Shown: piece after piece, positions 38,545 to 48,677 of the stretch
Layout: every line of letters begins with the position of its first letter
Position numbering within the stretch: the stretch's first letter is position 1
DNA from: Narcine bancroftii
Taxonomy: Eukaryota
Direction: 5' to 3'
Assembly (NCBI RefSeq): GCF_036971445.1
Contig: NC_091476.1
Location: forward strand, 94,860,001-94,924,000
DNA length: 64,000 nt
Program-made: the position numbers and the translations under genes
The notes under the pieces: generated by a model
Database searches by the model: none
The model's input: the letters and a program-made list of their open reading frames with translations, nothing else
What the model was told of the DNA's origin: nothing

Positions 38545-38784
38545 TGTAGAGCTCGTCGAAAGAACCAAAGACTTGTTGATCCAAACCAAGGCTTTTATTA
38601 GCAAAAGACCGGAGCTCTTCACAGGTGGCCAACCAGTCCGGAATGATCCGACCTGGCTAGGGACACAACCCTTTAAGGCCCAAACAATAGGTGTGGCTTA
38701 GCTCTCAGCCAATCGCTGTAAGCACAGTCTAGATACAGTAACTATATACACTATGTACATTGGTGATAGATCTGTACTATCACA
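38545..38784 (-). repeat. 3' LTR of the young Gypsy
   Basis: Identical to 43268-43507 except 2 substitutions; AATAAA on minus strand at 38594-38599. Confidence 0.97.
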
Positions 38785-38797
38785 TTCACCCCTTCTT
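38785..38797 (-). promoter_or_regulatory. Polypurine tract
   Basis: Minus strand AAGAAGGGGTGAA immediately before the 3' LTR. Confidence 0.85.
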
Positions 38798-38856
38798 GGA
38801 GAATTGACCCTGGGAAAAAAAAAAAACGAGGGAGAGAATGAAAATGAAGGGGTAGG

Positions 38857-41800
38857 TCAAGGACTGTAGCGGTCAGGGGGTCTGACCATCCGGCGTGACC
38901 GCCGTGGTGCCGGGATTGGGGTCGCTGGAGTGGTGTCGCCAGCGGGCTCATCGGGTGCGACTGCTCCGTCGCTCAATTCCCCAGTCGTTTTGTCGGCAGG
39001 GTGGCCCGAGTCATTGGGGTGCTGTTGGTCCTTCTGTTGCGGCACGGGGCCTGGAGCATAAGGAGTTGGGGGGTTTGCTGGGTCTACCGCGTCCTGAGCT
39101 AGGTCCTGCACCGAAACAGTGTCCTCCCGCCCGTCTGGGAACTCCACGTATGCGTAATGTGGGTTCGCGTGGAGTAGAGTCACTCGGTCGACCAAGGGGT
39201 CGTTCTTTGAGTGCCGGACGTGGCGTCGCAAAAGGACGGGGCCAGGGACGGTGAGCCATGCCGGTACAGTGGTTCCCGATTCGGATTTCCTCGGGAAAAG
39301 GAACATCCTTTCGTGGGGGGTGGCATTTGTTGCAGTACATAGGAGGGAGCGGATGGAGTGTAAGGCACTAGTGAGAACCTCCTGCCAGTGAGAGGTGGGG
39401 AGACCTTTAGACCGGAGAGCCAGTGTAACCGCTCTCCATATGGTGGCATTCTCCCTCTCGACCTGGCCATTACCGCGTGGGTTATAGCTCGTGGTCCTGC
39501 TTGAAGCAATACCACACTCCAGAAGGTACTGTTGCAGCTCTGCACTCATGAATGAGGACCCCCTATCACTGTGGATGGAATTGGGGTACCCGAAGATGGT
39601 GAAAATACTGTGAAGGGCCTGTATCACTGAGGTGGCAGTGGTGTCTGGGCAGGCCACAGCGAATGGGAAGCGGGAGTATTCGTCGATGGCCGTAAGGATG
39701 TAGGTATTACGGTTGGTCGACGGTAGGGGTCCCTTAAAGTCTACGCTAAGACGCTCGAAGGGGCGGGTGGCTTTGATAACGTGGGAGTTATCCGGACGGA
39801 AGAAGTGGGGCTTGCATTCGGCGCACACCGAACAGGCTCGGGTCATGGAGCAGATCTCCTCAACTGTGTAGGGTAAGTTGCGCGCCTTGACAAAGTGAGC
39901 AAACCTAGTGACCCCTGGATGACAGAGCGCCTCATGGAGTTTCCGTAGTCTGTCCATCTGTATGCTGGCGCACGTTCCCCTGGAGAGCACGTCAGGCGGG
40001 TCGTTGAGCTTACCAGGCCGGTACAGGATGTCATAGTTAAAGGTGGAGAGTTCGATTCTCCATCTGGCGATTTTGTCGTTTTTTATCTTACCACGCTGGG
40101 TGTTGCTGAACATGAAGGAGACCGCGCGTTGATCAGTCAACAGTGTAAAGCGCCTCCCAGCGAGGTAATGTCTCCAACGACGTACCGCTTCAACTATGGC
40201 CTGGGCCTCCTTCTCGATCGAGGAGTGTCTACTCTCCGGACCCTGGAGGGTTCTGGAGAAGAAGGCTACAGGCCGACCGGCCTGGTTCAAGGTGGCTGCC
40301 AGGGCGAAGTCGGATGCATCGCTCTCGACTTGAAACGGGACAGACTCATCGATCGCGTGCAGCGTCGCAGCAGCGATGTCAGATTTGATTCGATCGAAAG
40401 CCGCTGTGGCTTCGGTCGAGAGGGGAAAAGAGGTGGTCTTGATAAGAGGACGTGCCTTGTCGGCGTAGTTTGGAACCCATTGGGCGTAATACGAGAAAAG
40501 GCCCAGGCAGCGTTTGAGAGCTTTCTGGGTATGTGGGGGGGGTAAGTCCATTAAGGGACGCATGCGGTCAGGATCTGGCATGACTATCCCGTTTTCCACC
40601 ACACAACCTAGAATAGCGAGTCGTGTGGTCCGGAAAACACACTTGTCCAAATTGTAAGTCAGGTTTAGCTGACGGGCAGTTTGAAGAAATTTGTCTAGGT
40701 TGGCGTCATGGTCCTGCATGTCGTGGCCGCAGATGGTGATATTGTCCAGATACGGGAAGGTAGCGGTTAGCCCGTTCTGGTCCACCATCCTGTCCATTTC
40801 CCGCTGGAAGACCGCGACACCATTTGTGACCCCGAATGGTACCCTGAGAAATTGATATAGCCGCCCATTCGCTTCAAAGGCCGTGAATGGTCGGTCCTCG
40901 CAGCGGATCGGGAGCTGGTGGTAGGCCGAACGTAGGTCAATAGTGGAGAAAATGCGGTACTGGGCGATCTGGTTCACCACATCCGTGATGCATGGCAGGG
41001 GGTACGCATCCAGGAGTGTGAAGCGGTTAATGGTCTGGCTATAGTCGACCACCATCCGTAGTTTTTCCCCATTCTTGACAACCACCACCTGGGCTCTCCA
41101 GGGGCTTGAACTGGGTTCGATGATGCCCTCATCCAGCAATCTACGCACCTCACTCCTAATGAATTGCCTGTTTTCGTAACTATATTGCCGACTTTTGGTG
41201 GCCACAGGCTTCCAGCCAGGGGTGAGGTTTGCGAAGAGTGCTGGCGGGGCAATCCGGAGTGTGGAAAGGCCGCAGGATTGGCCCCGGGGCACGGGGGCGG
41301 GTTGCTCGGGTGCTTCGGGAGTGGGGCGATGGCAGACCGAGAGGGGGGCGTGGGGTCCCCCAAAGTGTAGGGACACCGTTTGGAACTGACACTGGAAGTC
41401 TAATCCCAGCAACACTGGGGCGCACAATTGGGGAAGGACGAATAATTTAAAGTGGGTGACCGTCACGCCCTGTACTTCCAGCGTGGCGATGCAATACCCC
41501 TTTATCTCAGTCGAGTGCGACCTCGTCGCTAATGAGATCCTCTGGGTAGTGGGGATAATGTCAAGTCCCCAACGGAGGGTCAGATCTGGCTGGATAAAAC
41601 TGTCAGTTGACCCAGAGTCAAATAAGCAATTGGTGTAGTGTCCATGCACTTTAATCAGTTCCATTGCTCTGGTGAGGGGATGAGAGCATTGCTGGTTTAA
41701 TGTTATTGAAGCAGTTGACAGGGGAGTTTTGCGCGATGACGTCACGCAACGGGATGACGTCACGCAACGGGATGACGTAGTCAACGCTCGAGGAGCAGGT

Positions 41801-43233
41801 TGGAGAACCTCCCGGAAGTGCTGTTGTGGCGGGTGAATGGTAAGTAGTGGGGTTTGTAGTTGCTCGCGATTGGCGGTCGGGCCCTGGCGGTCGTCAGCGA
41901 TGGACGCTAGGGTGAGCACCTGGTTGGCCGCGGGGGTGGCTGCGGCGGCGGTAGCGTCGGCCCCGGGGGTGTCTGTGGTGGCGGCAGCAGCGGCGGTAGC
42001 GTCGGCCCCGGGGGTGTCCGTGGCGGCGGCAGCAGCGGCTGTAATGTCGGCCCCGGAGGTGTCCGTGGCGGCGGCAGCAGCGGCGGTAGCGTCGGCCCCG
42101 GGGGTGTCCGTGGCGGCGGCGGCAGCAGCGGCGGTAGCGTCGGCCCCGGGGGCGTCCGTGGCGGCGGCAGCAGTGGCGATAGCGTCGGCCCCGGGGGCGT
42201 CCGTGGCGGCGGCAGCAGCGGCGGTAGCGTCGGCCCCGGGGGTGGCTGTGGCGGCGGCAGCAGCGGTGGTAGCGCCGGTAGTGTCAAGTGTTCCGCACGG
42301 GGGCGAGAGGCAGGCCATCACCATGGTTGCGATGGTGGGTTGCCCCTTCCGGGTTCGGCGTCTCCGTGACGTCAGGCGTTGCCGTGCAGGGGAGCCCTCG
42401 CTCTCATTGGACGAGAGCTCTGGGGAAGAAGAGTTTGAATGGGATAGTGGCGGTTGAGCTTCACACGAGGCACTGTGTTTGCTGGCGGCCATTTTAGACC
42501 TACAGACTGCAGCAAAGTGGCCCTTTTTAAGGCACTTCTGGCACCTGGCTTTTCTTGCTGGGCACTGGGATCTGCTGTGCTTGTCCCTCCCGCAGAAATA
42601 ACATTTCGGGTTCGCACGGGGCAGGGTAGCAGCAGCCGACAGGCCGTCAGGGGTAGGGTAGAAGGGCACTCTACTCACATCAGAATGTGGGGTCCAGTCC
42701 CTAGAGAGCTCGGTGGACTTTAAGGCTGCATCCTCCATTGTGATTGCAATCCGGGCCACGTCCTCTAGTTTTTCTACCCCTTGCTCGAGCAAACGCAGCC
42801 TCACTTCGTTCGATCGGAGCCCGGCCACATAGGCATCCCGGACGAGGTCGCTAGTGATCTCGGCAGCAGTTTTGTCCACACAGTTACAGTCCTTGCCCAA
42901 TGCCTTTAATACTTGTAAATATGCCCTGCTGGACTCGCCGGGCTGTTGCTTCCTCGACGCAAGCACGAGCCGGGCATGAACTCTGTTCACCGGTTGATCA
43001 TACAGTCCTTTCAGTACCTTTATGGCTGCGGTGTAAGTGGTCTCATCCTGGATGTTCTCGTAGACTCTCAAGGACACCATAGACAGCAATGCTGTTAGAC
43101 GCTGGTTATCCTCCTCTACCTGAATGAATCTCAGGAAGTTTTCAAAGTTCAGCAGCCAGAAGTTAAAGGCTTTGAAGGCTGTAGCTGACTGTGGGTCGAT
43201 ATCAAGTTTTTCTGGCCGAGTTAAACGCTCCAT
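38857..43233 (-). CDS. Gag-Pol polyprotein (1458 aa from ATG 43233): gag, 2x CCHC, Ala/Thr repeat, PR, RT, RNase H, integrase
   Basis: [14 protein letters not shown] and [14 protein letters not shown]; PR LFDSGS; [23 protein letters not shown]; RH DASD..EKE..TD; INT HHCC, VDFKGP, SDRG, GQVER. Confidence 0.95.
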   Translation of the reverse strand: MERLTRPEKLDIDPQSATAFKAFNFWLLNFENFLRFIQVEEDNQRLTALLSMVSLRVYENIQDETTYTAAIKVLKGLYDQPVNRVHARLVLASRKQQPGESSRAYLQVLKALGKDCNCVDKTAAEITSDLVRDAYVAGLRSNEVRLRLLEQGVEKLEDVARIAITMEDAALKSTELSRDWTPHSDVSRVPFYPTPDGLSAAATLPRANPKCYFCGRDKHSRSQCPARKARCQKCLKKGHFAAVCRSKMAASKHSASCEAQPPLSHSNSSSPELSSNESEGSPARQRLTSRRRRTRKGQPTIATMVMACLSPPCGTLDTTGATTAAAAATATPGADATAAAAAATDAPGADAIATAAAATDAPGADATAAAAAAATDTPGADATAAAAAATDTSGADITAAAAAATDTPGADATAAAAATTDTPGADATAAAATPAANQVLTLASIADDRQGPTANREQLQTPLLTIHPPQQHFREVLQPAPRALTTSSRCVTSSRCVTSSRKTPLSTASITLNQQCSHPLTRAMELIKVHGHYTNCLFDSGSTDSFIQPDLTLRWGLDIIPTTQRISLATRSHSTEIKGYCIATLEVQGVTVTHFKLFVLPQLCAPVLLGLDFQCQFQTVSLHFGGPHAPLSVCHRPTPEAPEQPAPVPRGQSCGLSTLRIAPPALFANLTPGWKPVATKSRQYSYENRQFIRSEVRRLLDEGIIEPSSSPWRAQVVVVKNGEKLRMVVDYSQTINRFTLLDAYPLPCITDVVNQIAQYRIFSTIDLRSAYHQLPIRCEDRPFTAFEANGRLYQFLRVPFGVTNGVAVFQREMDRMVDQNGLTATFPYLDNITICGHDMQDHDANLDKFLQTARQLNLTYNLDKCVFRTTRLAILGCVVENGIVMPDPDRMRPLMDLPPPHTQKALKRCLGLFSYYAQWVPNYADKARPLIKTTSFPLSTEATAAFDRIKSDIAAATLHAIDESVPFQVESDASDFALAATLNQAGRPVAFFSRTLQGPESRHSSIEKEAQAIVEAVRRWRHYLAGRRFTLLTDQRAVSFMFSNTQRGKIKNDKIARWRIELSTFNYDILYRPGKLNDPPDVLSRGTCASIQMDRLRKLHEALCHPGVTRFAHFVKARNLPYTVEEICSMTRACSVCAECKPHFFRPDNSHVIKATRPFERLSVDFKGPLPSTNRNTYILTAIDEYSRFPFAVACPDTTATSVIQALHSIFTIFGYPNSIHSDRGSSFMSAELQQYLLECGIASSRTTSYNPRGNGQVERENATIWRAVTLALRSKGLPTSHWQEVLTSALHSIRSLLCTATNATPHERMFLFPRKSESGTTVPAWLTVPGPVLLRRHVRHSKNDPLVDRVTLLHANPHYAYVEFPDGREDTVSVQDLAQDAVDPANPPTPYAPGPVPQQKDQQHPNDSGHPADKTTGELSDGAVAPDEPAGDTTPATPIPAPRRSRRMVRPPDRYSP
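41930..42270 (-). repeat. In-frame 45-bp GC-rich minisatellite (~7 copies; [15 protein letters not shown])
   Basis: Unit ggtagcgtcggccccgggggtgtccgtggcggcggcagcagcggc on the plus strand; one 48-bp variant. Confidence 0.95.
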
Positions 43234-43267
43234 CCCTTTCAAAAAAAATTCTTTTTGCTAATAAAAT

Positions 43268-43507
43268 TGTAGAGCTCGTCGAAAGAACCAAAGACTTGTT
43301 GATCCAAACCAAGGCTTTTATTAGCAAAATACCGGAGCTCTTCACAGGTGGCCGACCAGTCCGGAATGATCCGACCTGGCTAGGGACACAACCCTTTAAG
43401 GCCCAAACAATAGGTGTGGCTTAGCTCTCAGCCAATCGCTGTAAGCACAGTCTAGATACAGTAACTATATACACTATGTACATTGGTGATAGATCTGTAC
43501 TATCACA
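43268..43507 (-). repeat. 5' LTR of the young Gypsy with putative Pol II promoter
   Basis: CCAAT 43432-43436; TATA-like TTAAAG 43399-43394; Inr-like TCATTC 43369-43364 (A+1 is 32 nt downstream); AATAAA 43322-43317. Confidence 0.9.
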
Positions 43508-44517
43508 GCAGCTCACTTCTTTGCCAGCAGCTCCTGGATTTCCTGGTTGTTTTCGTCGAACCAGTCCTTGTTTTTCCTGGAGGAGAACCCCAGTATTTCT
43601 TCAGTGGATTGCAGTATGGCAGTCTTCAGCTGATCCCAGAGGGTTTCAGGGGACGAGTCCAGGAGGCGGATTGCATCCTCGAGCTTTGCTTTGAGGTTTG
43701 CCTGGAAGTTTCCTCTCACTTTGTCTGACTGCAATTTTCCAACATTGAAACTCTTTCTGGGAGCTTTACTGTTCTTGGACTTTGGCTTGAAGTGAAGGTT
43801 GAGCTTGCAACAAATAAGCCGGTGGTCAGTGTGGCATTCTGCGCTGGGCATGACCCTGGTGTGGAGCACATCTCATTTGTCTCTTTCTCGCACCAGGATG
43901 TAGTCCAGGAGGTGCCAGTGTTTGGATCGGGGATGCATCCAGGTGGTCTTAAGGCTGTCCCTCTGCTGAAAAAGGGTGTTTGTAATGACAAGCCGCTGTT
44001 CTGCGCAGAGCTCCAACAGGAGGCGCCCGTTGTCGTCGCACTTGCCGACTCCATGCTTGCCCAGGATTCCTGGCCAGGTTTCTGAGTCTTTGCCGACGCG
44101 AGCGTTGAAGTCGCCAAGGATGACAACCTTGTCGGCTGTAGGGGTGCGTTGAATGAGGTTGCACAGATCAGTGTAGAACTTGTCCTTTTCTGCTGGTTCC
44201 GCCTGGAGGGTTGGAGCATAGACACTAATGAGGGTGATGCGATGCTTGTTTTGAAGGGGGAGTCGCATGGACATGATCCGGTCCGATCATCCGGTCCACA
44301 TCTATCAAATTAACCAACGGAAAAATCACCAACCATCAAATTCACTGACATAATACAAAGAATATAGTTTTAATTTTTGATGTGTTTTTAAGTGTCCTTT
44401 AATAAAGCTTTTAATTAGGTGTTAATTGGTAATTCCTGCAGACATTTGCCTAATGAGCCTCCCCTCAGGTCGTTGCTCCCATGGCTTCCTGTGCTAGTTC
44501 TCCCCCCTCGGCCCCTC

Positions 44518-45299
44518 GGAGGGCAGATTACTATTTGAATGGCAATAGATTAAGAGATGGGGAAGTGCAAAGAGACCTAGGGGTACTTGTACATCAGTCT
44601 CTGAAGGCGAGCATGCAGGTACAGCAGGCGGTTAAAAAGGCAAATGGTATGTTGGCCTTCATATCAAGAGGGTTTGAGTATAGGAAGAAGGATACCTTAC
44701 TGCAGCTGTACAGGGCCTTGGTGAGACCCCACCTGGAGTATTGTGTGCAGTTTTGGTCACCTTATCTAAGGAAGGATGTTCTTGCAATGGAGGGAGTGCA
44801 GAGGCGATTCACCAGGCTGATACCTGGAATGGCAGGAATGCCTTATAAGGAAAGATTGCGCAAATTGGGATTGTACTCGCTGGAGTTTAGAAGATTGAGA
44901 GGGGATCTCATAGAGACCTATAAAATTCTGGCAGGACTGGACAGAATGGATGCAGATGGGATGTTTCCAATGATGGGAAAATCCAGAACCCGGGGCCATG
45001 GTTTGAGGATAATAGGCAAACCATTTAGGACCGAGATGAGGAGGAATTTCTTTACCCAGAGGGTGGTGAATCTGTGGAATTCATTGCCACAGAGGGCAGA
45101 AGAGGCAGGTTCATTAAATCTATTTAAGAGGGAATTAGATATATTTCTTCAGTATAAGGGTATTAAAGGTTACGGAGAGAAGGCGGGGACGGGGTACTGA
45201 ACTTTAAGATCAGCCATGATCTTGTTGAATGGCAGAGCAGGCTTGAAGGGTCGAATGACCTACTCCTGCTCCTATCTTCTATGTTTCTATGTTTCTATT
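44518..45299 (+). mobile_element. Young 5'-truncated CR1 LINE
   Basis: Open ORF2 C-terminus to stop at 45200 (RDLGV, RPHLEYCVQFWSP, RGDLIE, TRGH, WNSLP); GATCAGCCATGATC 3' stem; (TTCTATGT)n tail; possible TSD CCCCTC. Confidence 0.92.
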
Positions 45300-46394
45300 C
45301 CCCTCCTTGAGGGGATGCGTGGCTGTATCCCTGTTTCAGACTCATTTTGTGCACAATCCCGGTCTCTAAAGATCCCCCTGCCCCTATTCCCTCCCTCCCC
45401 CACCAATTACCCCAAGAGAGAACTCTGCAGTCAGGATGGAATGAGGAAATGGAAGGCAAGTGCAAGGAGAACCACCCTGTTAGCTTCACCACTGGAGAGG
45501 TGGTGTTGAGAGGGTGCACTGGACACAGGGTAGAGCAGGCACACATCCCTAGGGACTGCAGGCACTCCGCTCTCCTGCTCAGTGAGCTTGTTCTCATTAA
45601 TTAGAAGAAAAGATTCTGCAGTGTGGACTGTGGTGTATGTGGCTGTTGAACACATGCATTAATCTTCCATTAGTGATATTATGACATTTCTCATGACCAC
45701 GTCATTATAAGTAATTGCAATGAAGGCCAGCAGTTCAGATTACTATAATATTCCAACTCCATAAAGCATCTAAATATGGACTAGATTTGGGTCAACTCCA
45801 GCTTTAGAAGCAATAAGGGGTGAATTTATAAGATAGATTTCTAGTCTCAAAGATGTACATTAGATGATGAGGCTGATGGTGGTTAAACTATGAATCTGCT
45901 TCCTCCCACCCCCCCCCCCCTAAATCCTGTTGGGGCTGAGCATGGATCTCTCAACTCTGGAGTGGGTGGACCAGACACAGACTGTCAGCGATGGTTTGAG
46001 CCGATGGAAGGCCATTTACTGCACCCACCTCCAACCTACTGCATCCCAGCCGACAGGTGAAACGATGAGATGGTGCGCTAATTCACCTTTCTCTAACAAC
46101 CCGCCTCGCCCCCTATTCCCTCCCTCCCTCCTCCACTCCACCGGTCACTCAAAGAGAGAGCTCTGCAGTCAGGGGTCGGTGAGAGGGTGCACCAGACACA
46201 GGGCAGAGTTAGCATGTATCTCAACTCTGGAGTTGGTGAACCAGATGACAGGTGAATATTATAATGAATTTTGAAGTTGATGAATTTTCCGTCAGTGAAT
46301 TAGGTGGTCGATGATTTATTTTGTTGGTGAATTTTTCTTCGATGAATTTTCCATCGGTGAATTTCTCATCTTTGAATATTTGTCAGTGTATTGA

Positions 46395-46745
46395 TTTTGA
46401 TGAAGAGGTGTGATAGAAAAAGGATTGGAGTGGTGCGAGAGAAGGTTTGAGACAAGGACTGTTCCATATAGCTAATGAAAAGACAGACACACTGTGGCTG
46501 TTTTTAGTGCCCAAGACTGCACTTTTGATTTGTAAAAAGTGAGAGGAATCATAAGAAAAATTGTTCAAACAAGTAGATAGGGATTTTTGGAGAGAGAAAT
46601 TGCTTGGATCTTTTCTACAGAAAGAACGGAAGGGTTTTAAGCCTTCCTGATGGGGGAATGGTGACGTACAAAAAACACTGTCCATAATGAAGATTAGGTG
46701 GTGTGGACCAGGGAATTGGAAGTTGTTAGATGTCTGAAACAACAA
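46395..46745 (-). mobile_element. Penelope-like RT fragment
   Basis: ORF 46383-46748: LIFIMDSV..PHQEGLK, LNNFSYDSSHFLQIKSAVLGT (Penelope RT pattern). Confidence 0.7.
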
Positions 46746-46789
46746 CAAAATTCATAATTAGCACATGGGCTATCAATCATCCCTTGTAC

Positions 46790-47005
46790 AAACTCTTTTC
46801 ATTCTCTCCACTTGCCCATCATACTAGAGGCAATTTAGAATGGCTGCTTAACTTACCAACCAATATGTCTTAAGCATAGCAGAGGAAACTGGAGCATCTG
46901 GAGAAATGTAAGAAGTCACAGGCAATGCATGCAAGCTCCACTCAAACAGCACTGGAGGCCATGATTGAACCTGGGTCACTCTAGCTGTGAAATAGCAGCT
47001 CTACA
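46790..47005 (-). mobile_element. V-SINE (HE1-like), degenerate
   Basis: Reverse complement has B-box-like CAGGTTCAAT and V-domain-like ...CTCCAGATGCTCCAGTTTCCTC. Confidence 0.55.
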
Positions 47006-48677
47006 AATTGTTATTTCTGACTAAATGTGTCCTTTCTTTAATTCAAATAGCCATAATTGCAGTCCAAAATGAGTTGAATTTTCTGAAAAATAAATTGTTC
47101 ATCAACCAATCAAAGCAGTAACTGTTTAGTTTTGAAAAATGCAGCATTGAAATATATAATTTTCCATTGAATAAAAATGTTTCAGCTTGTTGAAGTGCAG
47201 AAACCAGAAGGTTTACCAATATGCAACTCTGTCAGAGATTGCTGAAGAAAAATCAAAAGGTGTGGTAGAAAAAGAGATTATCTAATATGTGAAACATTGA
47301 TTTAAAATAAGATCATCTTCTCTGCTTCTTAAAATTTCCCTGGGCAGATAATTTAGTTCCCTAACACTTCTATTTTGTAATCTTGGGCACTTTCAAGGCT
47401 TACAGTGCAGCAAGCCATGAGGAATTCTCCAATATGCAAAGGCACTTTAACTGTTAATGACAATGCATGTTTTCAAGTTTCTGTTTAGTATTGTTAACCT
47501 TGATGGAGGGAATTCAAGTCAATTGTAGATTATCTGATGGGTATGATTGACATTTGTTGCTTTGTTGAATAAAGAAAAAATGGAGGGACTCAATTGGTCA
47601 GGCAGTGTCCAAAGATGGAAATAGTTGCATTGCTCATGTGATGGATGCAATTGTTATTCCAAATGTAATCCTCCCATCTCAGAAAAGGATAACTAGATTA
47701 TGCTTTCTTTCCTTGGAGTGCAGGATAGATATATGAAATACTTATTTACTATATTGGATGTTAATTCCGTGATCGGTGATTACCTTCCAAAATTTCATTT
47801 TAAGTTCAAATCAAATTAATGCATCTCCCATAGCCTTTCTCAGTCTAGAAACTGTTTCCCTGACAACCACTGATGCTCATCCTATTGAGTATTTGCAGCA
47901 TTTGTTTTTGTTTTATTTCTGAAATTTGGAATGTCTGGCTTTGTGACCTTCATGATTTTTTAAGACATCAAAACTCTCATTGTTTTTGGAGAAAATGTCA
48001 ACCCTTTGTGTAAGGCACGACATTACGAAAACTAATAATTATCCAAAGTATGGCGAAAGTGTAAATTTATCTACATCTGTCTCACACATGATTCCAAGTG
48101 ACAGGGTATCAATAAGCATATCCATTGCATGCAATTCTTCAGTAGTGTGACAGATTTGTGTTAATATTGATCTTCAGGTATATAATATTGTATATGTTTC
48201 TTGGTGAAGGGATTTTGTGGGATGGACAGGGACACACATACAGACATGCACAATTACACAGAGAGAAGCCATTTTTGAAGATGCAGGATTTGGAAAAGAG
48301 AGCAATAAAAATTAGAATGGAATGGTTCATTCAATTGCTGGAACAATAGTGTTTGGGAAAATGAACCATCCTGTGAACACAAAGAGGACTTTCGATTCAA
48401 TGGCCAGTACAGTGAGAAGTCATTTGCTTTTGAATTATACTTCAGGTGGTTTGAAGAAATTTAAACAACAGCAGTAATGTCATGTGATAAAGACATCTTT
48501 AATATTGCACCAAGAAACAGCTGAAGTCAGAAATGCAGTAGCTTCTAGTGGGAGAGGTACTGTTCTAATTGCATTCTCTTCCCCATGGGATATCCACAAA
48601 TCAGAGTTAAGGAAGAGCAACTTCAGCTGTCTCGTTAAAAAGAGGGTGGTTTCACTGTGTCCATTTTTACATGGCCA

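Larger units (their letters stand above)
38545..43507 (-). mobile_element. Intact, very young Mag-like Gypsy LTR retrotransposon (4963 bp)
   Basis: 240-bp LTRs with 2 differences; TG...CA ends; perfect 5-bp TSD GCAGC (38540-38544, 43508-43512); PPT; single uninterrupted gag-pol ORF. Confidence 0.97.
36381..44298 (-). mobile_element. RTE LINE (endonuclease C-half plus RT, frameshifted), split by the young Gypsy
   Basis: 13-bp TSD CATCTATCAAATT (36368-36380, 44299-44311); same family as 11277-13248; APE motifs VYAPT, GDFNA, LDY, TDH in 43513-44274. Confidence 0.95.
36322..46390. mobile_element. Unclassified element with inverted ~15-bp subterminal repeat arrays (host of the RTE/Gypsy nest and a CR1)
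   Basis: Left array of AATTCACC-like units (36333-36380 plus 44312-44350); right inverted array of GGTGAATT-like units (46250-46385); internal direct repeats 45380-45540 and 46105-46210. Confidence 0.55.

Noticed and set aside
38413-38632. ORFs spanning the RTE/LTR junction (also 43191-43424)
   Set aside because: Artefacts of the insertion junction with no domain content of their own
38785-38856. env-like or accessory ORF in the young Gypsy
   Set aside because: Only about 70 bp separate the pol stop from the 3' LTR, leaving no room
41930-42270. Regular repeat array as a possible CRISPR
   Set aside because: Head-to-tail units without unique spacers, in frame in a retrotransposon ORF, in a eukaryotic context
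41837-42457. 206-aa Ala-rich plus-strand ORF and a Pro-rich alternative frame; superficial likeness to antifreeze proteins
   Set aside because: Shadow frames of the GC-rich 45-bp VNTR inside gag-pol. The period is 15 aa, matching neither the 11-aa type I AFP repeat nor the AAT tripeptide, and there is no independent gene structure.
44481-45200. 239-aa ATG-initiated ORF as a host or domesticated gene
   Set aside because: It is the CR1 ORF2 C-terminus with an ATG supplied by flanking sequence; the 3' UTR and tail mark an ordinary truncated insertion
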